Source of the DNA: Calditrichia bacterium
Lineage (GTDB): Bacteria > Calditrichota > Calditrichia > JAJRVZ01
Assembly: GCA_963777955.1 (NCBI GenBank)
Contig: CAVZSQ010000017.1
Span: 64,001 to 128,000 of the forward strand
Direction of reading: 5' to 3'
DNA length: 64,000 bases
Part shown: piece after piece, positions 11,365 to 21,544 of the stretch
Numbering within the stretch: position 1 is the first letter of the stretch
Layout: every line of letters starts with the position of its first letter
Program-made: the position numbers and the translations under genes
The notes under the pieces: generated by a model
What the model saw: only the letters and a program-made list of their open reading frames with translations
Database searches by the model: none
Told to the model about the DNA's origin: nothing

Positions 11365-11379
11365 ATTGATTTGCTTCGC

Positions 11380-14300
11380 TCAGGAACAACCCATCGAATT
11401 ACCACAATTCAAACAGCGATAACAGGCGCCGTTACGGACCGTGATATGCCCGCAGATATCGCAGGGCGGAGCGTCGCTGTCCAAATCAGCCAGGAAATTA
11501 TCCAGTTCCGGCTGTCCCTTGGTATGGATCTTGGTTATTTCAGCACGTTCTTCAATATCCTTGGCCACATCATATGCGGTATCATCGGCAGCAGTAGGGG
11601 GCATCTGGGCCAGATCACTGCGTCCCAGATAATCAATGGCCAGAATACGGAATATAAAGTCAAGCACCGAGGTCGCATTGCGTACACTGGGATGATCGGT
11701 AAAACCGGAAGGATCAAAACGGGTATAAATGAACTTTTCTACAAATTTCTCCAGAGGTACGCCGTACTGCAAGCCCAGGCTGACAGCGACGGCGAAACAG
11801 TTCAACAGGCTTTTGTATGATGCGCCTGCTTTGAACATGTCGATAAAGATTTCTCCGAGTTCCTTATTTTCGTATTCGCCGGTTCTGAAAAATATTTTCT
11901 GCCCGCCGATATTGGCCGCATAATTGAAACCTTTTCTTTTACTGGGCAGGCTGATTTTATCACCGCGGGGAATAACATTTTTCAAAGCCTCCCGGATCAG
12001 CGCCTCGGTTTTAGCCGCCATTTCCTCTTCTTTTTCATCGTTTTCCAGTGCACCGGTACTGAGCGGCTGCGAACCCTTGGAACCATCACGGTAAATGGCG
12101 ATGGCTTTCAAACCCATCTTCCACGATTCCATGTATATCCGGCGAATATCATCGACGGAACTATCCTTGGGCATATTTACGGTCTTGGAAATCGCTCCTG
12201 ATAAGAAAGGCTGAACAGCGGCCATCATCCGCACATGCCCCATCGCTTCAATATAACGACGGCCGTTACCGCATTTGTTAGCCGTATCAAAGATGGCGTA
12301 GTGCAGCGGATCTAAATGGGGAGCACCTTCAATAGTTTCCGTTCCATTAATATAGATCAGGCTCTGTTTTATTTGCTCCTCCTGCAGACCTTTCTTCTTT
12401 AATTCAGCAGGATTAACGTGCCGGGTAAAGTCATTGAGGGAACGGGTTCGCTCGACATCAGATTGCGCTTCCAGGATTTGCTTTTCAGTATAACCGAGTT
12501 TTTTCAGCGCCTCCGGATTCAAATAAGGCGCCTGGTCCAGTGAATCATGACCCAGTACATAAGATATGATATCCAGGATCTCGTCATTATTATAACCAAG
12601 ATTCTTCAGGGCCCGGGGTAACGATTGATTGATGATTTTAAAGTAACCCCCACCTGCTAATTTTTTCCATTTGACCAGGGCAAAATCCGGTTCGACGCCG
12701 GTTGTATCACAATCCATCAACAAACCAATTGTCCCGGTGGGAGCCAGCACGGTGGCCTGGGCGTTCCGGTAGCCGAATGATTTACCGGATTCAATTGCTT
12801 TATCCCAATCCTCAACCGCGGCAGCCAGCAAATATTCAGGGCAGGTTTTACGATCAACCGCTTCCAGGGACTGGCGGTGTTTCAGCATCACCTGCAGCAT
12901 GGATTCGCGATTAAGGGAAAATCCGTTGAAGGCCCCTTTTACTTTGGCTATTTCGGAGGAAACATGGTAGGCCTGACCGGTCATAATCGCTGTAATCGCA
13001 GCCGCCTGAGCCCGTCCCTGCGCGCTATCGTAGGGAATGCCCTGCACCATTAATAAGGTACCAAGATTGGCATAGCCCAAACCCAGGGGTCGATAATCAT
13101 GACTATTCTGAGCAATCCGTTCAGTCGGATAGGAAGAAAGATCAACCAGGATTTCCTGGGCAATAAACAACATCCGGCAGGTGTGCCTGAATCCTTCCAC
13201 ATCAAAAGTACCATCCTCGTCCTGATATTTGATCAGATTGGCCGAAGCCAGGTTACAGGCCGTATTATCCAGGAACATGTACTCGGAACACGGATTCGAG
13301 GCATTGATCTGAGCGGTAGTGGAACAGGTGTGCCAGCGATTAATGGTATCATGAAATTGTAATCCGGGATCAGCGGTAGCCCAGGCTGCTTTGCATATTT
13401 CATCCATCAATTCGGAAGCTTTATAGCTATTAGCCACCTGGCCATTCATGCGATAGTGCGTTTCCCAGGTATTATTATTTTCAACCGCCCGCAGGAATTG
13501 ATCAAATACCCGTACGGAGTTATTTGAATTCTGTCCTGAAACTGTCCGGTAGGCCTCGCCATTAAAATCGGCCGGGAAACCGGATTTGATCAGTATTTTG
13601 GCTTTATCTTCTTCGCGAACTTTCCAGCGGATAAAATCTATTATCTCCGGATGGTCAACATTTAAAATCACCATTTTGGCAGCACGACGTGTGGTGCCTC
13701 CTGATTTGGTGGCAGCTGCTCCTTTATCTAAAACTTCTAAAAAGGAGATCAGGCCGGAAGAAGTTCCGCCGCCGCTCAGTTTTTCATCCTTACTGCGCAG
13801 TACGGAAAAATTGGTGCCCGTACCGGAACCGAACTTAAATAATTTGGCTTCGGTCTTGACCAGATCAAAAATGGAAATTAAATCATCATCCACCGAGTTG
13901 ATGAAACATGCAGATCCCTGCGGATGTGAAAAGGAGTCTTTTGTTTCCTGAATGGTATTAGTGTCCGGATCCCAGTAATAATTTCCGCCGTTGCCTTTGA
14001 TACCGTACTGATGAAACAAACCCACATTGAACCAGACCGGTGAATTGAAGGCTCCATGCTGGTTAATCAGTATGTAAGAAAGTTCCGCTTCAAAAATATC
14101 CGCATCATCTGTTGCAGCAAAATAATTTTGCTCTTCGCCATACTCCCGGATAGTATGTACGATTCTATGGACCACTTGTCTGGCCGACATTTCGTAACCG
14201 GTTTCGGGAACACCGGCGCGCCGGCAGTATTTTGAAGCTAAAATATCGGTGGCTAACTGCGACCAGGTTTTAGGGACTTCGATGTTTTTCAATTCAAATA

Positions 14301-14526
14301 CTACTTCACCCGTCGGTTCCGTGATCCGCGAAGTCCGCCGTTCATATTCAATCGTATCGAGGGGATTAATATTCTTCTGGGTATACAATCGCCGCAGGCT
14401 CAAGCCCTTTTCAAGATATTTTTCCATGGCTGAATTAGCCTTCTGCGCTGACGATTTCCCCCGGGTGGTCACCTTTTCCTTGCTATCTGCAGCAAACAAA
14501 TCCATAATCGTAGACTTGGTAGCCAT
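11380..14526 (-). CDS. nrdJ: Vitamin B12-dependent (class II) ribonucleotide reductase
   Basis: FNSPVWFN, SACFI, SNPCSEY, APTGTI, ISKTVN and C-terminal CxxC..CLNCGNSMGCS; no intein seen. Confidence 0.95.
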   Translation of the reverse strand: MATKSTIMDLFAADSKEKVTTRGKSSAQKANSAMEKYLEKGLSLRRLYTQKNINPLDTIEYERRTSRITEPTGEVVFELKNIEVPKTWSQLATDILASKYCRRAGVPETGYEMSARQVVHRIVHTIREYGEEQNYFAATDDADIFEAELSYILINQHGAFNSPVWFNVGLFHQYGIKGNGGNYYWDPDTNTIQETKDSFSHPQGSACFINSVDDDLISIFDLVKTEAKLFKFGSGTGTNFSVLRSKDEKLSGGGTSSGLISFLEVLDKGAAATKSGGTTRRAAKMVILNVDHPEIIDFIRWKVREEDKAKILIKSGFPADFNGEAYRTVSGQNSNNSVRVFDQFLRAVENNNTWETHYRMNGQVANSYKASELMDEICKAAWATADPGLQFHDTINRWHTCSTTAQINASNPCSEYMFLDNTACNLASANLIKYQDEDGTFDVEGFRHTCRMLFIAQEILVDLSSYPTERIAQNSHDYRPLGLGYANLGTLLMVQGIPYDSAQGRAQAAAITAIMTGQAYHVSSEIAKVKGAFNGFSLNRESMLQVMLKHRQSLEAVDRKTCPEYLLAAAVEDWDKAIESGKSFGYRNAQATVLAPTGTIGLLMDCDTTGVEPDFALVKWKKLAGGGYFKIINQSLPRALKNLGYNNDEILDIISYVLGHDSLDQAPYLNPEALKKLGYTEKQILEAQSDVERTRSLNDFTRHVNPAELKKKGLQEEQIKQSLIYINGTETIEGAPHLDPLHYAIFDTANKCGNGRRYIEAMGHVRMMAAVQPFLSGAISKTVNMPKDSSVDDIRRIYMESWKMGLKAIAIYRDGSKGSQPLSTGALENDEKEEEMAAKTEALIREALKNVIPRGDKISLPSKRKGFNYAANIGGQKIFFRTGEYENKELGEIFIDMFKAGASYKSLLNCFAVAVSLGLQYGVPLEKFVEKFIYTRFDPSGFTDHPSVRNATSVLDFIFRILAIDYLGRSDLAQMPPTAADDTAYDVAKDIEERAEITKIHTKGQPELDNFLADLDSDAPPCDICGHITVRNGACYRCLNCGNSMGCS

Positions 14527-14855
14527 AGAAAAATTACCCCCTTAATATAAAAAAAATATTTATGAGAAGTATGTAAATAATTGTTTAGTTTTGTGACAAA
14601 TTATGTAACAAAAGTGAAAATTATTATATTCCCACCCTCAAACAAATCAACCAAATATACTAAATTTTTAATATGTCACCAGAAAATATTTCAATTATTT
14701 TTAAGCACCTTAACTCGTTAAATATCAGTATATTATAAAAGCCTTAATAAAGCAGAATCGCTAATTCCCGCATCAGCAGCAGAAATGCAGACATTCGACT
14801 AATGAAAGCCTCTTTACAAGCGGTTTGGCAGGATTTTATCTTGAGTAGGATTTTT

Positions 14856-15227
14856 CTATTGTGAGCTGTACTTAGTCTGAATTTCTCTTAAACGCTCCAG
14901 GCTGCGGATGGAATTATAATTTCGTCCTTTGCCGAAGGCACTGAACTGCGCACCGATCATACAATCGCGGACTGGTGCTTTCTCATCTGTCCACTTCACA
15001 CTACCCAACAAACGTATTATTTTTTCACCAGGTATAAGAATATCAACACATAACGGTTCGCCACGGTTTAATCTTCTATCCGATCTGAAACAAATGCCGC
15101 TTTTAGTGATGTTATATAACTCCATAGGCTTAGAAAATCGCTCAAAAAAACCAAGCTTGTTTCTTTTTCTGAATATGACCAGGGCCCCTGGAATGTGAAT
15201 CCGATCGAATGCTCTCTGATCTCCCAT
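14856..15227 (-). CDS. PilZ-domain protein
   Basis: QRAFDR (RxxxR) and NITKSG (D/NxSxxG-like) c-di-GMP motifs. Confidence 0.75.
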   Translation of the reverse strand: MGDQRAFDRIHIPGALVIFRKRNKLGFFERFSKPMELYNITKSGICFRSDRRLNRGEPLCVDILIPGEKIIRLLGSVKWTDEKAPVRDCMIGAQFSAFGKGRNYNSIRSLERLREIQTKYSSQ

Positions 15228-15318
15228 GATCCTGCTGAGTTAGCTCAATAACTTATTAATCTGAATCGCTTAAAATTAGTTTCTGATTTTAAATCTGCAA
15301 AAATAGCACCACAAATGA

Positions 15319-15334
15319 TGTGACCATTATCACG
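15319..15334. promoter_or_regulatory. CRP/FNR-family-like operator
   Basis: TGTGA-CCATTA-TCACG, one mismatch to TGTGA-N6-TCACA, in the divergent PilZ/MFS intergenic region. Confidence 0.4.
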
Positions 15335-15520
15335 ATTGCATAATGTTCAGTCAACGTCCGTGTACTCTGCCTAGTCAAACAAAAATCTAAGACTTATTTT
15401 ACTATTTCACAATTAAAATATTATTTCGTAAGATTAAATCATTGCCGAATTTGTGATCAAAACGATTTAGCATGGCACTAAATTCCTGTTAGCAGCTATC
15501 AGTTTAAGAAAGGTTTCGTT

Positions 15521-16912
15521 ATGAATGATCAGCCTAAAGAAAGACCGGCCCTGTTCCGCTGGGTAATTTTATTTTTTGTCAGCCTGGCCATGTTCGGAAA
15601 CTATTATGTCTATGATAGTATCAGCCCTCTGGCGGATTTACTGCTCAAACAGTTAAATTTCTCCGATGCCAATATCGGCACACTGAATGCGATTTACAGC
15701 ATACCGAATATTTTTATGGTTCTGATCGGCGGTTTAATCATCGACCGCCTCGGTACCAGAAGATCCACTCTGCTTTTTTCTTCTTTATGCCTGATCGGCG
15801 CTGTCGTGACCTCTGCCTCTGCCCAGTTATCGGTTATGATTACCGGCAGATTAATATTTGGTCTGGGTGCGGAATCTTTAATCGTGGCAATTACCACTGT
15901 GATTGCCAATTGGTTCAAAGGCAAAGAACTTTCTTTTGCCTTCGGTTTAAACCTTACGGTCGCCCGCCTGGGATCATTTGCCGCGCTCAATTCCCCTACC
16001 TGGGCCCGGGCTTATTATCAGACCTGGCAGGGACCCCTGTTTATCAGTGTGGTCACGGCGATCATTTCTGTTATCGCGGTTATTATTTATGTTCTGCTTG
16101 ACTATCAAAGCAGCAGAAAATATCAGCAGAAAATAAAAAAGCCCCAGGATAAAATCGACCTGCGCTCCGCTCTAAAATTCAATCTCTCTTTCTGGCTGAT
16201 CACTTTGTTATGCGTGACCTTTTATTCCGGTATTTTTCCATTTCAGACTTTCGCGGTTAAATTTTTTATCCAGAAACATTTTGTCACCATCCCCGAAGAT
16301 TTCGCCCGATCCATGGGTGGATTTTTGTCCAGCCTGCTGACTCTGTCGGCAATGATCCTGACTCCGCTGTTCGGATTATTAACCGATAAAATCGGCAAAC
16401 GGGCCACCCTGATGATGGTTGGATCCATCATGATTATGCCGGTATATTTAATATTGAATTATGTCATCGTAAATCCCACAATCCCCCCGGAATTACTGGC
16501 CACCTCCTTAAGCAGCACTGAACCACTCTCACTCGGGAGCGCCGTTTATGCCAACCTGGTCTATTTTATGAACATGATTAAAATCTTATTCACTTATTTC
16601 CCCAACCTGGTAATACCGATGCTGGTCATGGGAATTTCTTTTTCATTGATTCCCGCTGTAATGTGGCCATCTGTAGCCTATATTGTCGAAGAATCAAGAC
16701 TCGGTACCGCCTATGGTTTAATGACGATGATCCAGAATATCGGCCTGGCTGGATTTAATCTGCTGATTGGCTGGAGCAACGATCTGAGCGGGGATTATAC
16801 CGCGGGAATGATAATTTTTTCTACGCTGGGTTTCATCGGCCTGACCTTTGCCTGGTTACTAAGACAACGGGAACTCGGCATTCATGGTCATGGCCTGGAA
16901 AAACGTATCTAA
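15521..16912 (+). CDS. MFS transporter
   Basis: About 12 TM segments; GGLIIDRLGTRR motif A and LTDKIGKR. Confidence 0.9.
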   Translation: MNDQPKERPALFRWVILFFVSLAMFGNYYVYDSISPLADLLLKQLNFSDANIGTLNAIYSIPNIFMVLIGGLIIDRLGTRRSTLLFSSLCLIGAVVTSASAQLSVMITGRLIFGLGAESLIVAITTVIANWFKGKELSFAFGLNLTVARLGSFAALNSPTWARAYYQTWQGPLFISVVTAIISVIAVIIYVLLDYQSSRKYQQKIKKPQDKIDLRSALKFNLSFWLITLLCVTFYSGIFPFQTFAVKFFIQKHFVTIPEDFARSMGGFLSSLLTLSAMILTPLFGLLTDKIGKRATLMMVGSIMIMPVYLILNYVIVNPTIPPELLATSLSSTEPLSLGSAVYANLVYFMNMIKILFTYFPNLVIPMLVMGISFSLIPAVMWPSVAYIVEESRLGTAYGLMTMIQNIGLAGFNLLIGWSNDLSGDYTAGMIIFSTLGFIGLTFAWLLRQRELGIHGHGLEKRI

Positions 16913-16917
16913 CAGAG

Positions 16918-17700
16918 TTGCTGATGGCTGGATTGTCAGGACCAAAAGAAGCAGAGTTCAGATTCTATGAAGAATTAAACGATTTCCTGCCCGAAGTCAG
17001 AAAGAAGAAAACTTTTACTTATGCATTCCGGGGAAAACCCGCCATTAAAGACGCGATAGAAGCACTCGGCGTGCCCCACACTGAAGTCGACCTGATTCTG
17101 GTCAATGGTAAATCAGTTCGCTTTGATTACCATTTACAACCGGCCGACCATGTTTCGGTTTATCCGCTATTTGAAAGCCTGGATATCACCCCGCTGCTAA
17201 AACTTCGTCCGGCACCTCTAAGGCAACAGCGGCAGCTGCTGCGCTTAAAATTTATTCTGGATGTGCACCTGGGGAAACTGGCCCGCTTGCTGCGCATGCT
17301 GGGTTTTGATGCTCTCTACCACAAAGACTATAACGATGACGAAATACGAGCTATCTCCTTAAAAGAAAGGAGGACCATACTCACCCGCGATCAAGATTTG
17401 TTAAAAGCGAAAATAGTTACTCACGGTTACTGGCTCCGTTCGACAACTCCATTGGAACAGGTGATTGAAATCGTCCGGCGTTTCGATCTGAAGTCCGGCA
17501 TCAAACCATTCGTCCGCTGTCTGGCTTGTAACGGTCTTATTAAAAAAATAAATAAAACTAAAATAGTACCCCCGTTACCCGAAGGTGTTCTAAGTTATTA
17601 TCAGGAATTCTTCCGCTGTTCAAATTGTAAGAAGATTTACTGGCAGGGCTCACATTTCCGGAAAATGAAGGAAAAAATTTCGCTGATAATCCGGGATTAA
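16918..17700 (+). CDS. Mut7-C ubiquitin-like/RNase domain protein
   Basis: RFYEELNDFL, GVPHTEVDLILVNG, DVHLGKLARLLRMLGFD, RCLACN and CSNC..YWQGSH. Confidence 0.9.
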   Translation: MLMAGLSGPKEAEFRFYEELNDFLPEVRKKKTFTYAFRGKPAIKDAIEALGVPHTEVDLILVNGKSVRFDYHLQPADHVSVYPLFESLDITPLLKLRPAPLRQQRQLLRLKFILDVHLGKLARLLRMLGFDALYHKDYNDDEIRAISLKERRTILTRDQDLLKAKIVTHGYWLRSTTPLEQVIEIVRRFDLKSGIKPFVRCLACNGLIKKINKTKIVPPLPEGVLSYYQEFFRCSNCKKIYWQGSHFRKMKEKISLIIRD

Positions 17701-17819
17701 TTTCCCGCGAATTATACGTTGAGTTTATAGTCCATAACAATTTTATATTTCAGTAAAATAGAGTACATTCAGCCACAAAAAAATTCTGTGCAATCAGCAA
17801 CTCAAAGACGGGGTGATCA

Positions 17820-19454
17820 ATGAAACTTTCCAGCAGAACTACTCTGGCTATACTTTTTCTGAGTTCCCTGCCACTGGCACTGCTTTTCCTGCCAATGGCC
17901 GCTGCCCAATCAATGTCCGATAAAAACCGACCCGACTGGGTGGGCGGACGCCCGGATGGATGCACCTCCATAACAGTCGGCAAACAGGCTACGGCCGATG
18001 GCTCGGTGATAACTTCACACACCTGCGACAGCCATCGCACCGAGGGAAGCCTGAATATAGTGCCGGCCCGGACATATAAAACAGGAACCTGGCAAACACT
18101 GCTCAAACGAACGAATGATGATTCGCTGGCCATGCCGGCCTATAAATATGTTCCCAGCGGCCGCATTGAACAACCGCCGCAAACCTTCGGCTATATTAAT
18201 ACCGCCTATCCTTGTATGAACGATCAACAACTGGCCATCGGTGAATCCACCTTCGGCGGCCGTTCTTCCCTGCAATCACCTAAAGGCCTGATTGATTGTC
18301 AACAACTGGTCCGCCTGATGATCGAACGCTGCAGTACCGCCAGAGAGGCTATTGAGCTGGCCGATCAATTAACCCGCCAATATGGCTGGAGTGACGAAGG
18401 GGAATGCTTGACGATCGCTGATAAAAATGAGGTCTGGCATCTGGAAATCGTCGGCTGCGGCCCGGAACGGGCCGGGGCCATTTGGGCCGCCCAGCGGGTA
18501 CCCGACGATCACATCTCCGTCAATGCCAATGCCAGCCGCATCAGGCAGATCAGTTTGGAAAAGCCCGATTATTTCATGGCCTCCGCAAATATTTTCCAGG
18601 TTGCCCAGGACAGCGGCTGGTGGAATCCGGCCGGAGGTCCCTTTGAATTTTGTTATGCTTATGACCCGCAGGGCCGGACCTCTTTCGCCGCGCGACGCCG
18701 GGAATGGCGGGTTCTGTCACTGGCTGCCCCCTCCCTGAAATTGGATGCCAATGCCGAAAATTTTCCCTTTTCGGTCAAACCAGATTCCCTGATCACCTTG
18801 CCAAAACTGGTCAGGATCTTTCAGGATTATTATGAAGGAACAGACTATAATTTTATTAAGGACCTTACCTGGATTAATGACAAAGGTCAAACCGAGATTT
18901 CACCCCTGGCTAATCCTTTTATGCCTTATGATATGAATAAACTTTTCCGGATTAACGGTGGTTGGGGCTGGCTGGGCGAGCGGACCATTGCCCGCTGGTA
19001 CACGATGTATGCTACCATCACCCAGTCGCGCAGTTGGCTGCCCGATCCGATCGGTGGTGTAGTCTGGCTGGCCTGGGATAATGTGGCTACTTCAATTTAT
19101 ATTCCGTTGTACTGCAGCATTAAGGATGTTTCCAGTTCTTACAAAACACCCGCCCGGGTTAAAGGTTTCACCCGCGATTCGGCCTGGTGGGCCTTTAATC
19201 ATTTAGGTACGCTGGCTGCTCAGCGCTGGGGGGATATGCGCCATGACGTCAGCAAAGTCTGGCAGCCCTGGCAACAAGAACTATTTGTACAGCAACCACG
19301 GATTGAAGCGCAGGCGCTGCTGCTTTACCAGCAAAAACCCGACCGGGCCAAAACTTACCTGACCAGTTATGCCCGGGAATGGGGCGATAAAGTGGTGCAA
19401 CGGGCCTGGAAATTGGGGGAAGAATTGTGGACAAAATATGATGAAAAATTTTAA
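17820..19454 (+). CDS. Peptidase C69 family dipeptidase, secreted
   Basis: Signal peptide; CTSITVGKQATADGS N-terminal nucleophile motif; MNDQQLAIGESTF. Confidence 0.85.
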   Translation: MKLSSRTTLAILFLSSLPLALLFLPMAAAQSMSDKNRPDWVGGRPDGCTSITVGKQATADGSVITSHTCDSHRTEGSLNIVPARTYKTGTWQTLLKRTNDDSLAMPAYKYVPSGRIEQPPQTFGYINTAYPCMNDQQLAIGESTFGGRSSLQSPKGLIDCQQLVRLMIERCSTAREAIELADQLTRQYGWSDEGECLTIADKNEVWHLEIVGCGPERAGAIWAAQRVPDDHISVNANASRIRQISLEKPDYFMASANIFQVAQDSGWWNPAGGPFEFCYAYDPQGRTSFAARRREWRVLSLAAPSLKLDANAENFPFSVKPDSLITLPKLVRIFQDYYEGTDYNFIKDLTWINDKGQTEISPLANPFMPYDMNKLFRINGGWGWLGERTIARWYTMYATITQSRSWLPDPIGGVVWLAWDNVATSIYIPLYCSIKDVSSSYKTPARVKGFTRDSAWWAFNHLGTLAAQRWGDMRHDVSKVWQPWQQELFVQQPRIEAQALLLYQQKPDRAKTYLTSYAREWGDKVVQRAWKLGEELWTKYDEKF

Positions 19455-19500
19455 GTGCTCCTTATAAATAATTTGGCATGAAAATTGACCCGATGTTTTC

Positions 19501-20340
19501 ATGCATCGGTTCAAAAATAAATGCCCCGGTTTTCACCTCGGCTTTCTCTATTACTTTACTCTGTTATTATCGAGCACCTGTCCGGCAGCTTTTGATTTCA
19601 TCGGAGTCGGGGCTGAACCACTGGCACTTGGCAATGCTATGGTCGCTTACCGCTACGGTGCTTATGCTGTTTATTATAATCCCGCCTATATCAGCGCAGA
19701 GCGAAAGCCCCTGATCGAGTTGGGTTACCGGTCATTTTATGGATTATCATCCCCAAATCAGACCAGTGTTCTGTTGCAATACCCCGTCCGGAGTGTTCCC
19801 TTCGCAATTTGTTGCATTCACCTCGGGGACAGGATTTACCGCGAAATGCACCTGGCTCTGGGTAGTTCCTATACTTATCAACAGAAATTGAGAATGGGTA
19901 TCAGCCTGAATCTCTATTATTTGAACATTGTTTCCTATTCTACTGCACTCAGCGCCGGGATCAATCTGGGTTTTGCTTACCCGCTGAGTGACCGATTTAC
20001 CATGGGAGTATTGATAACCAATCTGAATCAACCTAAATTCAGCATTATAAACGAAAAACTGCCGCAGGTTTTTGTACTGGGCTGGTGTTATGATCTGCAA
20101 CAGAAGATAATCTTCTGCTGTGATTTGTTTCGCGATGTAAAATATGAACAGGACTACCGGGCCGGAGTTTTGGTTAAACTCAAAACGGCATTAACTCTGC
20201 GCTTTGGCCTGGAAGACAAAAGTAACACCTGTTCTATGGGTTTGGGATTGACCTTAAAAAGATTAAAATTTGATTATACGGTTATGCTGCACAACACCTT
20301 AGGACTGTCTCAGGCAACCTCGCTGCAACTGGCGCTATGA
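19501..20340 (+). CDS. Outer-membrane beta-barrel protein (PorV/FadL-like)
   Basis: GAEPLALGNA..YYNPA N-terminus; alternating beta-strands. Confidence 0.55.
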   Translation: MHRFKNKCPGFHLGFLYYFTLLLSSTCPAAFDFIGVGAEPLALGNAMVAYRYGAYAVYYNPAYISAERKPLIELGYRSFYGLSSPNQTSVLLQYPVRSVPFAICCIHLGDRIYREMHLALGSSYTYQQKLRMGISLNLYYLNIVSYSTALSAGINLGFAYPLSDRFTMGVLITNLNQPKFSIINEKLPQVFVLGWCYDLQQKIIFCCDLFRDVKYEQDYRAGVLVKLKTALTLRFGLEDKSNTCSMGLGLTLKRLKFDYTVMLHNTLGLSQATSLQLAL

Positions 20341-21519
20341 TCATTATATATATTATATTGCTGTTTTTCCCGCTGGTAATTTCCGGACAAAATCCGGTCG
20401 GGGATGATATCCTGAACAATCGCCGGGCCCTGGAACAGATTAAAAATGAAATCCAATCGCTAAAAAAAGAGATTACCAAAACTGAAATTAAATCCAGTTC
20501 TGCCCTGGATCAGATCAGGATCATTGAGCGGGAATTAGCATTACTCAATAAATCCCGCCTCTTACTTATTAAAGAAGCGACTTTACTACGGCGGAAGATT
20601 GATGAAAACCAGAGACAGCTGCAGGAAAGAAAAAATAAATTGCAGCAAATCAGGGACGATTATGCCAGACAGACGCTATATAATTATAAACATGGAAAAT
20701 TAAAAGATCTGGAGATATTACTGACCGCCTCTTCTTTCAACCAGCTAATGGTTCGCTACAAATACCTGCAAATTATTACTACCCAGGAAAAGATTCAGGT
20801 GCGTACGATTTCCGCTCAAATTATCCGGATCAATCAACTTGAAGAAACCCTGAGCTCTGACCTGCGCCAGTTAAATCTGACCTTGAAGGAAAAAGAAGTG
20901 CAACAAAAAAATTACCTGGCCAAGAAAGAAGAAAAAAGAAATTTAATAACCCGGTTAAAATGGACCGGTACCAATCTGCAGCAGCGCTTGCGCGAGGCTC
21001 AGCAGGAATATGAAAAATTACAAAGTATTATTGCCACGTTGGAAAGACAACGTAATGTGCGGGAACGGGAAGGCCTGGCGGCCGGCAGCAGTGATTATGC
21101 CAAATTAAATCCGCGGAATTTTGCAGCTGAACAAAGGAAAATTTCCCTGGCCGGTAAAAGGCAAAATTCTGCATGCCTACGGCCGGCAACGTGATTTTAA
21201 ACTCAAAACCACCGTAAATAATACCGGTATCGATATACAGGCCAAAACCGGTACGGAGGTACGGGCTATTTATACCGGTATCGTCAGCATGATCACTTAT
21301 CTCTCGGGCTACGGTAATACTATTATTGTTGATCATGGCGACGGTTACTATTCTGTTTACTCGCATCTTGATGAAATCTATGTGGAGCAAGACCGTCTGG
21401 TAGATTCTGGTTCTGTAATCGCCTCGGTGGGTGATTCCGGTTCCTTGGAAGGATCAATGTTACACTTTGCCGTATTTGTCAATCAACAAACCGAGAATCC
21501 GGAATCCTGGTTAAAATAA
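20337..21519 (+). CDS. Murein hydrolase activator EnvC-like (coiled coil + M23), frameshifted near 21125
   Basis: Long coiled coil, then KGKFPWPVKG..NTGIDI..YGNTIIVDHG..YSHL..LHF. Confidence 0.8.
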
Positions 21520-21544
21520 CCAGCCGGAGCGGAGGTTTTCACTG

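Noticed and set aside
11380..14526. Intein or intron in nrdJ
   Set aside because: The ORF is continuous with NPC and other motifs uninterrupted; there are no splice-junction or homing-endonuclease motifs.
20337..21519. Programmed frameshifting in the EnvC-like and other split genes
   Set aside because: No consistent slippery site or stimulatory structure; window-wide indels point to sequencing error.
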